Source of the DNA: an uncultured delta proteobacterium
GTDB lineage: Bacteria > Desulfobacterota > Binatia > HRBIN30 > BPIQ01
NCBI GenBank assembly: GCA_963761335.1
Contig: CAVXGR010000012.1
Span: forward strand, 128,001 to 192,000
Direction: 5' to 3'
Length of the DNA: 64,000 bases
The notes under the pieces were generated by a model that searched no databases, was not told the origin of the DNA, and was given only the letters and a program-made list of their open reading frames with translations. Both the position numbers and the translations under genes were made by a program. Below are positions 1-13,359 of the stretch, piece by piece. Numbering within the stretch: position 1 is the first letter of the stretch; every line of letters begins with the position of its first letter.

Positions 1-162
1 GAAGGCCACGTCGACGGGGCGCGCCTGCAACTCCTCGAGAGCCGCGGCGCCGTTGTCGACGGCCGTCACCGCGTGGCCGGCCTGCTCGAGAGCGCGCGCC
101 AACACGAAGCGGATCGATTCCTCGTCGTCGGCGACGAGGATCTTGCCGGTGTCCTGAGCCAT
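1..162 (-). CDS. Response regulator N-terminus (NtrC-like receiver domain), truncated by window edge
   Basis: Manual translation MAQDTGKILVADDEESIRFVLARALEQAGH...; ATG overlaps the stop of the upstream kinase (TGATG). Confidence 0.85.
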   Translation of the reverse strand, partial: MAQDTGKILVADDEESIRFVLARALEQAGHAVTAVDNGAAALEELQARPVDVAF

Positions 163-1292
163 CAGTCCACCGCCATCGGCAGGCTCAGCGTCATCACCGC
201 GCCGCCGCCCGGGCGGTTCGCGGCGCGCAGGTTGCCGCCGTGTGCGGAGACGATCTGCTGCGAGATCGGCAGGCCGAGACCCGTGCCGCGACGCTTGGTC
301 GTGTAGAAGGGATCGAAGATGTGTGCCAGCTGCTCCTCCGGAATGCCCGGCCCGTCATCGGCGATCTCCAGGCGCATGAGCTTGGCGCTGCCGTGGCGGG
401 CGCTGACGATGTGGAAGTCGGTTTCGATGCGCGTCACCAGCTTCAGGGTACCGCGGCCGGCCATGGCATCATAGGCGTTGCCGATGAGGTTGAGCAGCAC
501 CTGCTTCAGCTGCTGCTCATCGGCCCGCACCGGCGGCAGGCTCGGATCGAACTCGCAGCGCACGGAGATACCCTTCGCCGAGGGCATCTCGCTGGCAAGA
601 AGCAGGACCTCGGAGATCAGCCGGTGGATGTTGAGCGCCGCGAAGCTGGGCGGTGCGGGCGCTCCGAGCGTGAGCAGATGCTCGACCAGACGGCTCAGTC
701 GGTCGGCCTCGCGAATCATCACGTCGGTGTACTCGCGAATGGACGGCTCCTCGGAGAAATCGCGCTGCAGAAGCTGCGCGGCGCCCTTGATGCCGCCCAG
801 CGGGTTCTTGATCTCGTGCGCCAGGCCGGCAGTGACCGCGCCGAGCTGGGCCAGGCGCTCCGAGCGATGCACTCCCTCCTCGAGGGCGCGCTGGTGGCTG
901 AGGTCGTGCAGCACCAGCACCGTCCCCTGCGGGGTGCTCTCGCGGTCGAGAAGCGGCGAGGTGGTGACCCGCATGGGCACGGCGCGATCCGCCTTCACCA
1001 CCGTCTCGGCCGTCTGCGTCTGGGCGCCGGTCCGGGCGCTGGTGCGTTCGATGAGCGAGACGATGACGGGGCTGTCGCGAAATACCTGGCGAAAGTTGCG
1101 CTCGACGATCTGCGCCTGCGCCAGACCGAGAAGCTGCTCGGCCGCCGGGTTGCAGGTCACCACCGCACCGTCGCGACCGATGAGCAGCACGGCATCGGCG
1201 AGGTTGTCGAGCACTTCCTCCCACGGGACCATGGGAAAGTGTCCGACCTCCACTTCCGGGTGATGGTTCTTCTTCCGTCGGGCAAAAGCCAT
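162..1292 (-). CDS. PAS-domain sensor histidine kinase, NtrB/GlnL-like
   Basis: N-terminal PAS, H-box LAHEIKNPLGGIKGAAQLL, N-box NLIGNA, DDGPGI, FDPFYTTK, GTGLGL. Confidence 0.9.
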   Translation of the reverse strand: MAFARRKKNHHPEVEVGHFPMVPWEEVLDNLADAVLLIGRDGAVVTCNPAAEQLLGLAQAQIVERNFRQVFRDSPVIVSLIERTSARTGAQTQTAETVVKADRAVPMRVTTSPLLDRESTPQGTVLVLHDLSHQRALEEGVHRSERLAQLGAVTAGLAHEIKNPLGGIKGAAQLLQRDFSEEPSIREYTDVMIREADRLSRLVEHLLTLGAPAPPSFAALNIHRLISEVLLLASEMPSAKGISVRCEFDPSLPPVRADEQQLKQVLLNLIGNAYDAMAGRGTLKLVTRIETDFHIVSARHGSAKLMRLEIADDGPGIPEEQLAHIFDPFYTTKRRGTGLGLPISQQIVSAHGGNLRAANRPGGGAVMTLSLPMAVD

Positions 1293-1318
1293 GAGCTAAG
1301 CGGGCCTGGGTCCAAGGC

Positions 1319-1347
1319 TTTATATCGGTCCGGACGCACTGCGGCAA
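1319..1347 (-). promoter_or_regulatory. Putative sigma70 promoter for the ntrB/ntrC-like genes
   Basis: TTGCCG-N17-TATAAA on the minus strand in the intergenic gap. Confidence 0.5.
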
Positions 1348-1363
1348 CGCGCCGCAGCATGGC

Positions 1364-2112
1364 TCAGCGGAAAAGGTCCGCCGCCGGGGGCCGGATCAAC
1401 GCCCCGCCACCGGCGCCATCGTCGGTGAAGGCATAGCCGCGCACGATCACGGCCGGGATGCCGCTGCCTTTGCGCATCAGCAATCCGGCCGCCGCCGCCA
1501 GGGCGTCCGCCTGCGCCACCACCGTGTGGTACAGCTCGCGGCCGTTGAGATCGGTCTCGCCGCGCAGATCGAGAAGGGGGGACATGCCGGAGATTCCGAG
1601 GGCGACCTCCACCAGACCCTCCCGCCAGGGCCGCCCGAAGGTGTCCGTGACCAATACGGCGATCCGGCAGTCGGTCTCCCGCAGCAGCCGCTCGCGCAGG
1701 GCGCGTGCCGAGGCGTCGGGGTCCTCGGGCAGAAGCACGACACTCTCGCCGTCGACGCCATTGGACTCGTCGACCCCGGCGTTGGCGCAGACCCAGCCGC
1801 GCCCGGTCTCGACGATCAGATGGCCGCGGTCCATCTTCACGATCCGCTGCGTCTGCCGCAGGATCACCTCGACGATGCGGGGGTCCTTGTTCGCTTCCGC
1901 GGCGATGCGCTCCGCAAATGGCGAGGGCGTGACCTCCGTATAGCGCACAACGCGTCCCTCGGCCTTGGAGACCACCTTCTGACAAACCACCAGGATGTCG
2001 CCACCCGCAAGGCCGCACTCGCTGGCACGCAGCGCCGCCAGCAGCAGGGCGCCCAGGTCGTCGCCGGGGTGCACCCCGGGAACGCCGTGCAGGGGAAAGA
2101 GCCGGAGTCCGC

Positions 2113-2116
<4 letters not shown>
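1364..2116 (-). CDS. cofE: Coenzyme F420-0:gamma-glutamyl ligase
   Basis: QKVVSKAEGR, CANAGVDESN, LLPEDPDASA, TDTFGRPWREG motifs. Confidence 0.93.
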
Positions 2117-3057
<941 letters not shown>

Positions 3058-4212
3058 CCGCGGTGATGTGCGCATAGGTCGTCGTCCGCTGCACCGGCAC
3101 TCGGCCGATCTCGGTGATCAGGTCCCGGATGGATGTCTCCGGAAGGTACTCGCCGGCATCCGCACCGGCAGACTTGGAAATCTGCTCCTCCATCAGCGTG
3201 CCGCCGAAGTCGTTGCAGCCGGCGAGCAGGCTCAGCTGCGCCAGCTTGAGGCCGAGCTTTACCCACGAGGTCTGGATGTTGTCGATGAGGCCCCGCAGCA
3301 TGAGCCGGCTGACCGCGTAGACCCGCATGTCGACCAGGCCCTTGGGCGGCGGGTTCACCAGGCCCTTCTGATAGAGAGCCGTGTAGGTGTGGATGAAGCG
3401 CAGCGGCACGAACTCGGTGAAGCCGCCGGTGTCGCGCTGGATCGAGCGCAGCAGGTCGATGTGGCGGGCGACGTGCTCCGGCGTCTCCACGTGGCCGTAC
3501 ATGACCGTCGAGGTGGTGGGGATGCCGACCCGGTGCGCCGTGGTGATGATCTCCACCCAGGTGCGCACGTCGACCTTCTTGTGGCTCAGCACCTCCCGCA
3601 CCTCGTCGTCGAGAATCTCGGCGGCGGTTCCCGGAATGGTGTCGAGCCCGGCCTCCTTCAGCATGGTCAGATAGTCGCGGTAGCTCATGCCGGTGCGCCG
3701 CGAGCCGTACATGATCTCCATGGGAGAGAAGGCGTGCACATGCAGGCGCGGGTAGCGCGACTTGATCGCCAGCAGCAGGTCGCGGTAGCCGAAGGCCTCG
3801 GTCTCGGGGTTGATTCCGCCCTGCATGCAGACCTCGGTGGCGCCCCGATCGATGGCGTCCTGCACCTTGGAGAGCAGCTCGGCCTCGCTGTCGGTGCGCG
3901 CGTCGGGATCCTTGCGATGGCGGGCGAAGGCGCAGAACTGACAACCCACGAAGCAGACGTTGGTGAAATTGATGTTGCGGTTCACGACGTAGGTCACCAC
4001 CGGCCCGACGTCGGCGGCGCGCACGGCATCGGCGGCGCGCAGCAGGGCCGCCAGAGAATCGCCCTCCAAGCGCAGCAGGTGGGCTCCCTCTTCGGCCGAC
4101 GGCGGCGTGCCGCCGAGGCTGCGCTCGAGGATGCCGGCGGTGCGGGAGTCGGCGGCGGCAATCAGCTCTTCGAGCGAGCGGGTATCGAGAAGCATGGCAC
4201 GTACGGCGGTGC

Positions 4213-5415
4213 TCATAGCGTCACTCCTCTCTCCGCGGCGATGCGGCGCACCGCGGAGCGAATTTCCGGCCCGAGAAAGCCCGGGCGGTCCACGTATTCG
4301 GCGTACACCGGCAGCCGCGGCTGCAGGCTGTAGCCGGCGTCTCGGCAGGTCTCGGCGAGGACGGCGAGCAGCGGCCAGCGCGCCTCCGGGTTGACGTAAT
4401 CGGAGGTCACCGGCGAGATGCCCCCCCAGTCGTTGATGCCGGCGGCCAGCAGCAAGCTGTGGTCGCGGGGATTCAGGTTCGGCGGCGCCTGCACGTTCAT
4501 CTCGCGCAACATCAGGCGGGCGACGGCCACGGTGCGCGCCACGTCGGCGCTCTCCGGCTCGTCGGCCGCGGCCATCCGCGTCTCCGGCTTGGCGCGGAAG
4601 TTCTGGATGATGACTTCCTGGATGTGGCCGTATCCGGCGTGCAGCGAGCGAATCGCCTCCAGACTCTCGGCGCGCTCGCGCAAGGTCTCTCCGATGCCGA
4701 TGAGGATGCCGGTGGTGAAGGGGATGCGCAGCTCGCCGGCCTCGCGCATCATCCGGAGGCGCAGCTCCGGATCCTTGTCGGGGGCATTGCGGTGCGCCCC
4801 GCCGCGGCGCCGCAAGCGGGGGCTGGCGCTCTCCAGCATCAGCCCCATGCTGGCGTTGGTCGGCTTCAGCTGCTGCATCTGCGCGCCGCTCATCAGGCCG
4901 GCGTTGGTGTGCGGCAGCAGGCCCTCGCGCAAGGCAATCTCGCAGGCCTGCGCCACGTAGTCGATGGTGGTGGCGTGACCGAGGACCCGGAGGGTTGCGC
5001 GATAGCTGGCGAAGACCGCCTCCGGCTTGTCCCCGAGGCACATGAGCGCCTCGATGCAGCCGCGCTCGCGCCCGCGCCGGCTCCAGTCGGCGACCTCCTC
5101 CGGAAGCATCGTCCAGGCGCCGGCATCTCCCGGGTCCTTGCGGAAGGTGCAGTACGAGCAGAAGTCGCGGCAGAGATTGGTGACCGGCAGGAAGACCTTC
5201 GGCGAGTAGGTGATCGTCCGACCCTTGAGCTGGTCGCGCACCCGCCCGGCGACGGCCAGCAGCTCAGCGAGCTCGGGCCCCTCGGCGGCGAGCATCGCCA
5301 CGGCGTCGTCGACCGTCAGGGGCCGCCCGTCGAGAGCGAGCTGCAGGGTCTCGGCAGCCGCCGAGCGTAAGCCCTGACTCCGGCGGGATAAGGAGACATC
5401 GGTTTGCGTCCGCAT
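4213..5415 (-). CDS. cofG: FO synthase subunit 1 (radical SAM)
   Basis: TYSPKVFLPVTNLCRDFCSYC, PHTNAG, SMGLMLE, QEVIIQNFRAKP, QAPPNL, GINDWGGISP; GAGGAG RBS. Confidence 0.93.
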   Translation of the reverse strand: MRTQTDVSLSRRSQGLRSAAAETLQLALDGRPLTVDDAVAMLAAEGPELAELLAVAGRVRDQLKGRTITYSPKVFLPVTNLCRDFCSYCTFRKDPGDAGAWTMLPEEVADWSRRGRERGCIEALMCLGDKPEAVFASYRATLRVLGHATTIDYVAQACEIALREGLLPHTNAGLMSGAQMQQLKPTNASMGLMLESASPRLRRRGGAHRNAPDKDPELRLRMMREAGELRIPFTTGILIGIGETLRERAESLEAIRSLHAGYGHIQEVIIQNFRAKPETRMAAADEPESADVARTVAVARLMLREMNVQAPPNLNPRDHSLLLAAGINDWGGISPVTSDYVNPEARWPLLAVLAETCRDAGYSLQPRLPVYAEYVDRPGFLGPEIRSAVRRIAAERGVTL

Positions 5416-5439
5416 TGCTCCTCGCGCGGGAACGCCGCC

Positions 5440-5468
5440 CTTATAGGAAAGGGCCCTCGACCAGTCAA
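5440..5468 (-). promoter_or_regulatory. Putative sigma70 promoter of the cof operon
   Basis: TTGACT-N17-TATAAG on the minus strand, 25 bp upstream of cofG. Confidence 0.6.
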
Positions 5469-5472
5469 CTCG

Positions 5473-5497
5473 GTGAAATCGCCGTGTGAAATCGCCG
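5473..5497. repeat. Perfect 12-bp direct repeat GTGAAATCGCCG x2, candidate operator
   Basis: Copies at 5473-5484 and 5486-5497, just upstream of the -35 box; third copy at 10994-11005. Confidence 0.7.
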
Positions 5498-5509
5498 CTG
5501 TGCCGGTGC

Positions 5510-6277
5510 TCAGCGCCAGCCGTGCGGGCTCGCCGACGAGAGCCTGCCGTCGCCGTCGCCGGCGATCTCGAGTCGGAAGACGCGCCGGACCCGCAGGGTC
5601 AGCAGGCCGTCGTCACCTCGGTTCTGCTCGAGAAATCCGAGGATCCGCTCGGCCTCTTCGGCGTCGAAGATCTCGCCGCAGCGCTGGCGCAGAGCGGCGT
5701 AGATTTCTTGCGGCATTCGCGCGATGCTCACCTGCGGGTCGTCGGTGGCATCGAAGACGACGCACAGCGACTCCGGGTCGAGGTCGCGTAGCAGCGCGGT
5801 GAGCTCTTCGAGCAGGCGTTCCACCTTCGAGGGGCGCAGGGCGTGCGGAAAGAAGTGGGCGTCGACAGCGCGGCGCAGGAGCGCGTCCTCCGCCTCGACG
5901 ACGGCTTGCCCCGGGCGCAGGCGCCCGTGGATCAAGGTGCGGACCAGCGGCTCCTCGATCGACTCTCGAGCTGAGCGGATCACGCACACCTGGTGCCCGT
6001 CGGTGACCTCGACATAACGGGTGCCGAGAGGATCCCACAGGGGGCGGTCCGACAGGTAGGCCTCTCCCAAGCGGGTGAAGATCTCCAGGGCGTGGCCGGC
6101 ATGCGCCGTCAGCAGCAGCAAGCTCGGCGACGGCTCGCCGGGCTCGGACGGCGGCTCGGGATAGATCTGCTCCGCTGCCAGACAGGTCCGACAGGCGAGA
6201 AAGCGCTCCGGCGGCCGAAAGGCACCGCCCACCGAGATGAGCTGAGGGGGGAGTGCGTGCGTCGCGGCCATAATCAC
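5510..6277 (-). CDS. Hypothetical protein with CxxC...HxxH motif
   Basis: Fills the gap and is coupled (4-bp overlap) to the hybrid kinase; CRTC and HAGH motifs. Confidence 0.7.
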   Translation of the reverse strand: MIMAATHALPPQLISVGGAFRPPERFLACRTCLAAEQIYPEPPSEPGEPSPSLLLLTAHAGHALEIFTRLGEAYLSDRPLWDPLGTRYVEVTDGHQVCVIRSARESIEEPLVRTLIHGRLRPGQAVVEAEDALLRRAVDAHFFPHALRPSKVERLLEELTALLRDLDPESLCVVFDATDDPQVSIARMPQEIYAALRQRCGEIFDAEEAERILGFLEQNRGDDGLLTLRVRRVFRLEIAGDGDGRLSSASPHGWR

Positions 6278-7392
6278 ATGTAGGAGGCGGAGGAGGCGGA
6301 GCCGTTGGCGCTGCGGGCGCGCGCCTGCGGCAGCGAGATGACCACGTCGGTCCCCGTTCCCTGCCGCGTCTGCACGTGCAGCTCGCCACCGAGGAAATGG
6401 ACCAGGCGGGTCGCCATGCGCAGCCCGAGGCCGATGCCGCGATAGCGGCGGGTATTCGAGGGATCCCCCTGGGCCAGCCCCTCCAGTGCCTGCAGCATCT
6501 CCTCGTCGGCCATGCCGATGCCGGTGTCGGCGACGTGCAGCTCGATGGTGTCACCACCCGGCCCCGGCTGGGCCGAGACGGTGACGCGGCCGCTCGGCGT
6601 GAACTTGATGGCGTTGTCGATGAGCGCCCAGAGGACGCGCTCGATCTTGAGCTCGTCGCTGACCACGAAGATCTCGCCGTGCTCGTTCACCGCCTCGATC
6701 ACCAGGTTCTTCTCCAGCGCGGCGCTCTCGAAGCGGCGCACGGCACTGCGCACGACTTCCGAGACATTGAAGGGCTGCAGCGACAGGAGCAGCTCACCGG
6801 CGTCGAGGGAGTTGAGGAGGAGAACCCCCTCGATGAGGTTCAGGAGCTCGTGCGAGTTGGCCTGGATGCGATCGAGGGCGATGCGCTGATCGCTGCTCAC
6901 GTGGCGCTGCAGCTCCTCGGAGAGAATGGCGCTGTAGCCGATGATGGCGCTCAGCGGGGTGCGCAGCTCGTGCGACAGATTGGCGAGGAAATCCTCCTTC
7001 ATCTGCCGCAGGCGCTGCGTGGTGCGCCTCTGGGCGACGGCGCGGCGGACGATGTCGGAGATCTCGGACACGTCAAACGGCTTCGAGATGTAGTCGAAGG
7101 CGCGAAAGCGCAGGCCGCGGATGGCCGTGTCCAGGGAGCTGTAGCCGGTGACGATCACGATCTCGATATCGGGATCATGTCGTTTGATATGCTCCATGAC
7201 TTCCATGCCCGACATCCCGGGCATCTTCAGGTCGAGCGTCACCACGTCGATCGCCTGCTCGCGGATGAGCTCCAGCGCCTGCGGGCCTCCAGCCGCGGTG
7301 TAGACGTGGTACGACGGCTTGAAGATCATGCGCAGCGATTCCATCGGTCCGCGCTCGTCGTCGACGATGAGAAGATTCGGCTGTTCCTGCAT
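6274..7392 (-). CDS. Hybrid response regulator-histidine kinase (REC-HisKA-HATPase)
   Basis: LLIVDDE, TLDLKMPG, KPF; FLANLSHELRTPL; DNAIKFT, DTGIGM, GIGLGL. Confidence 0.92.
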   Translation of the reverse strand: MQEQPNLLIVDDERGPMESLRMIFKPSYHVYTAAGGPQALELIREQAIDVVTLDLKMPGMSGMEVMEHIKRHDPDIEIVIVTGYSSLDTAIRGLRFRAFDYISKPFDVSEISDIVRRAVAQRRTTQRLRQMKEDFLANLSHELRTPLSAIIGYSAILSEELQRHVSSDQRIALDRIQANSHELLNLIEGVLLLNSLDAGELLLSLQPFNVSEVVRSAVRRFESAALEKNLVIEAVNEHGEIFVVSDELKIERVLWALIDNAIKFTPSGRVTVSAQPGPGGDTIELHVADTGIGMADEEMLQALEGLAQGDPSNTRRYRGIGLGLRMATRLVHFLGGELHVQTRQGTGTDVVISLPQARARSANGSASSASYM

Positions 7393-7423
7393 TCGGCACA
7401 CCTCTCGTTCCGCGCTCTGGCTG

Positions 7424-7440
7424 AGCACGGGGCATGCCAG
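7424..7440 (-). promoter_or_regulatory. Putative sigma54 (-24/-12) promoter
   Basis: CTGGCATGCCCCGTGCT = GG-N10-GC, about 30 bp upstream of the hybrid kinase ATG. Confidence 0.65.
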
Positions 7441-7691
7441 ACGAATGGCGTTGTGCGACGGAACCGCCGCTCGCGGACGTACAAGAATGACCGATCGGAA
7501 ATGTACTTCTCCGAGGAGACGGAGAGCCGACGAGAAGCCCGCTTGTGACGATTCTGTCGCACCCCTGACGACCGCCGCCGGCTTGGCTGCAGCGTGGGTT
7601 CAACAGTTATCGGGTTGGCGAGCTACCGAGTTGCTCGGGCCGGCGGCGGCTCGTTCACAACGCCTCGGAGGGCAGGCACAGTCGAGCCGCC

Positions 7692-9057
<1,366 letters not shown>

Positions 9058-9086
<29 letters not shown>

Positions 9087-10830
9087 CCCCCTCGACCCCC
9101 TCCGCAACTCCTGGCAGCTCGATTCTCACCCGCGCCGGCGACGTCGCCGTCTCGACGCTGAGCTGGCCGCCATTGCGTTCCACCAGTGTCTTTGCAAAGG
9201 CGAACCCCAATGGCAAGGCGCGGCTGCTGTCGCCGTGGGTGGTCACCAGCGCCGCCAGCTTGTGAGCGATGCTGCGCGCCGCCGCCGGGTACTCGATCGT
9301 CAGTGTGCCCGGGGACGGAGCGCGCACGCTGAGGAAGTCTCCGGTGCTCAGATCGCGCACGATGCTCTGCAGAAGGTTGCGCAGAGCATAGCTCAGCTGG
9401 CCCGGATCCACCAGCACCTCGCCGGCGGCCGCTTCGACCTCGACGGCGATCTGCTTCTCGGCGAGGACGGAGTCGAGCGCCTCGAGGGCGGTGCCCACCA
9501 GCGCCGAGGTCGGCGTCGGCTGGCGGTTGGGCTCCTCGAAGCGGGTGAACTGTACCAGGTTCTCGAGAGCCCCGTCGATGCGCTCGATGGCTTCGCCGGT
9601 CAGCCGCGCCATCTCGACGTCGTCGCCGGGGCGAACCTGGTCGAGCTGCTGGGTGAAGGTCTTGATGGTAACCAGCGGGTTTTTGAACTCGTGCGCCAGC
9701 TCGTTGATGATCAAATCGACAGTGGCGCCGTTCGCCGGCGGCGGCGCCGTCGGGCGCGCCCTCACCTCGGCGGCGGTCTTCTGCGGAGCCAGACGTCGCA
9801 CCACCGGTCCGTAGCCGAACAGCAAGTCCTCGGTATCGAGCGTGCTGTCGGGAGCGAAGGCGATCGAGCGGGCAATGACCGCCTCGAGCTCGGCGAGGTT
9901 CCCGAACCAGAGATAGCGGCTGAGGCGCTCGAGTCCGGCGGCGGTGAAGGACACCGGGGCCATCCCCAGGGAGGCGCACAGGCCCTGGCTGACCGCCCGC
10001 ACCAGATCGGGGATGTCGGCGGCGCGCTGGCGCAGCGGCGGCACGTGCAGGGAGAGGACGTTCAGCCGGTAGAAGAGCTCGCGCCCGAGGCGTCCCTGGC
10101 GCAGCAGCTCCTCAGCCGGGCAGGTGGCGATGGCGACGACGCGCAGCGGCAGGAGCCTGCCCGCGGGGTCGGCGATGGCGCGTCCCTCGAGAATCTCGAC
10201 GAGGAAGCTCTGCCCGCGGGGATCGATCTCGTCGGCGGCCGCCAGTAGCAGGGTGACCTCGCTGCCCGCCGGCAGCCCCGCCGGAGGTAGGTCCAGGCGG
10301 CGCTCGCGCAGGTCGGCGGCGCCGGCCGACAGGAGGTAGGCACCTCCCCGCTGTGCGTGCAGCGCCCGCGCCAGCCGCTCCTTGCCGGTTCCCGCCTCCC
10401 CGGAGATGAGCAGCGGCAGCGGCGAGGCGGCAGCGCGGGCCGCGACCGGCACCATCTCCTTCGGCAGGTAGGGGTAATCAAGAGTCGAGGGCGACAGCCC
10501 GGGGACGGCGCGGGACTGGGGCTCGAGAAGATCGCCGGCGGCGTCGCGCAGGGAGAGCGCCTCGAAATGAGCCGGCAGCTCGAGCTGGCGAGGCGCCGGC
10601 GGCGCCGCCGCGGGCGCCGCGCCGATCCAGAGAAGAGCGGGAATCCCCTGAGGCAGGGCGGCAGACCGCATCGCCGCCGCCTCCACCAGCACCAGGGAAA
10701 CATCGGCGTCGACGCGCTCCGGGGGGCTCTCGGCGGACGCGAATTGCACCCGGAAGCGGTCGGCGAGCAGGATCTGGACCGTTTCGCGAAGCTCCGGTGA
10801 ATCGCTTATCAACAACGCCTTGGAAAGCAC
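9058..10830 (-). CDS. Degenerate REC + degenerate sigma54-activator AAA+ + HisKA/degenerate HATPase fusion
   Basis: GEAGTGKE, LFYRLNVLSLHVPPLRQR, WFGNLAEL, LAHEFKNPL; GTG start with AGGAG RBS. Confidence 0.82.
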
Positions 10831-11277
10831 CGAATCTCTCCTGAAATCCCCACCCGTCGCGACCCACCGTCGCACCACGGCAAGTTGATCTCTGGTTGTA
10901 CTGCGGGATAAACTGAAGAGTCAACGCAGAAATCCCCCGCAGTCACAGCAATCCGGCGGGGAATGGCCTTTGCTGTGCAAAGTCGCGATGCAGGTGAAAT
11001 CGCCGCGAGGCAAGATTGCAAGTAGGGGCTCCGGCGACACAAATTGTTCTTGAAAAAGTTTCAGCGCGCATGGTAGGCCTATCGCTTGCGAACCGGCCCG
11101 GAAGGACGGTTTCCCTACCGCTCGGGCGGAGGGAAACGGTGTCCGTGTCGTTTCCGTGGTTCCGCTTGAAAAAATTGAAAGAATGCTGGAGAAGCTCGCG
11201 GCGATTGGGGAAGGTCGTACCGGGGGACAGCGCGCAGCACAGGTGTTGTGCCAGGAGCACCATAGGCGAGGCCGGAT

Positions 11278-11897
11278 TTGCAAACACAACAGACGACGAG
11301 TGAAGCGACAGCACTGGTGGGCGTGCGGCCCGAGGTGATTGCCGAGGTGGAGCACGCCTTTGGCAACCTCTTTCACCGCCTGCACTACAGCGCGCGCAAG
11401 CTGGCGAGCAGTGGGGTCGAGGAGGCGTCCGCCTTCGACGAGGCCATCGCCGAGCTGGAGGATTTCCTGCGCCTCCTGCTCGACTACACCTCGCCGCTGG
11501 CGGTGGAGCCGCGCGGCATTGCTGCAACCGCGGTGATCGGCAGCCTGAGGTCGGCGCTGGTGGGGCGCGCCGAGCAGCTGCCGCCGGCGATGGCCGAGTG
11601 CCAGACCTCGGTCGATCCGGGGCGCCTGAGCGACGCCTTTCAATTGATGGGATACTGCCTGGGCGAGAGCCGCGAGCGGCAGCTCGAGGTCGACGCCGAC
11701 GACGAGGCCGAGGGCGGTCCCTGGCTGGCCATCTCCGCCGCCGAGCCCCGGCGTGACGTCATCGCCGGGGGGCGCCGGCTGCTGGCCTGGGCGGTGGCGC
11801 AGAAGCTGGTCGAAGCCCAGGGCGGCGAGCTCGACGGCAGAGCGGAGGCGAGCGGCCTGCGGTGGACCTTGCGTTTGCCGCTGACGCGCGAGAGCGG

Positions 11898-11901
<4 letters not shown>
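11278..11901 (+). CDS. Degenerate histidine-kinase-like protein (possible phosphotransferase)
   Basis: H-box-like EVEHAFGN, VDPGRL, AVAQKLVEAQGGEL, terminal LRLPL; stop overlaps the next ATG; start uncertain. Confidence 0.7.
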
Positions 11902-13301
<1,400 letters not shown>

Positions 13302-13359
13302 ACGATGGACGAAGCTCCGATGCGATTGGCGAAGCTCCTTGCCCCCTGGATGGCCTGAG

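Noticed and set aside
10964..11086. Two GG-N10-GC matches in the divergent gap (10964, 11071)
   Set aside because: Weak match to TGGCAC/TTGC and 190-300 bp from the next start; not distinguishable from chance.
13327..13342. TGGCGAAGCTCCTTGC as a sigma54 promoter before the ExeA-like gene
   Set aside because: Spacing is GG-N11-GC, one base too long, unless there is an indel error.
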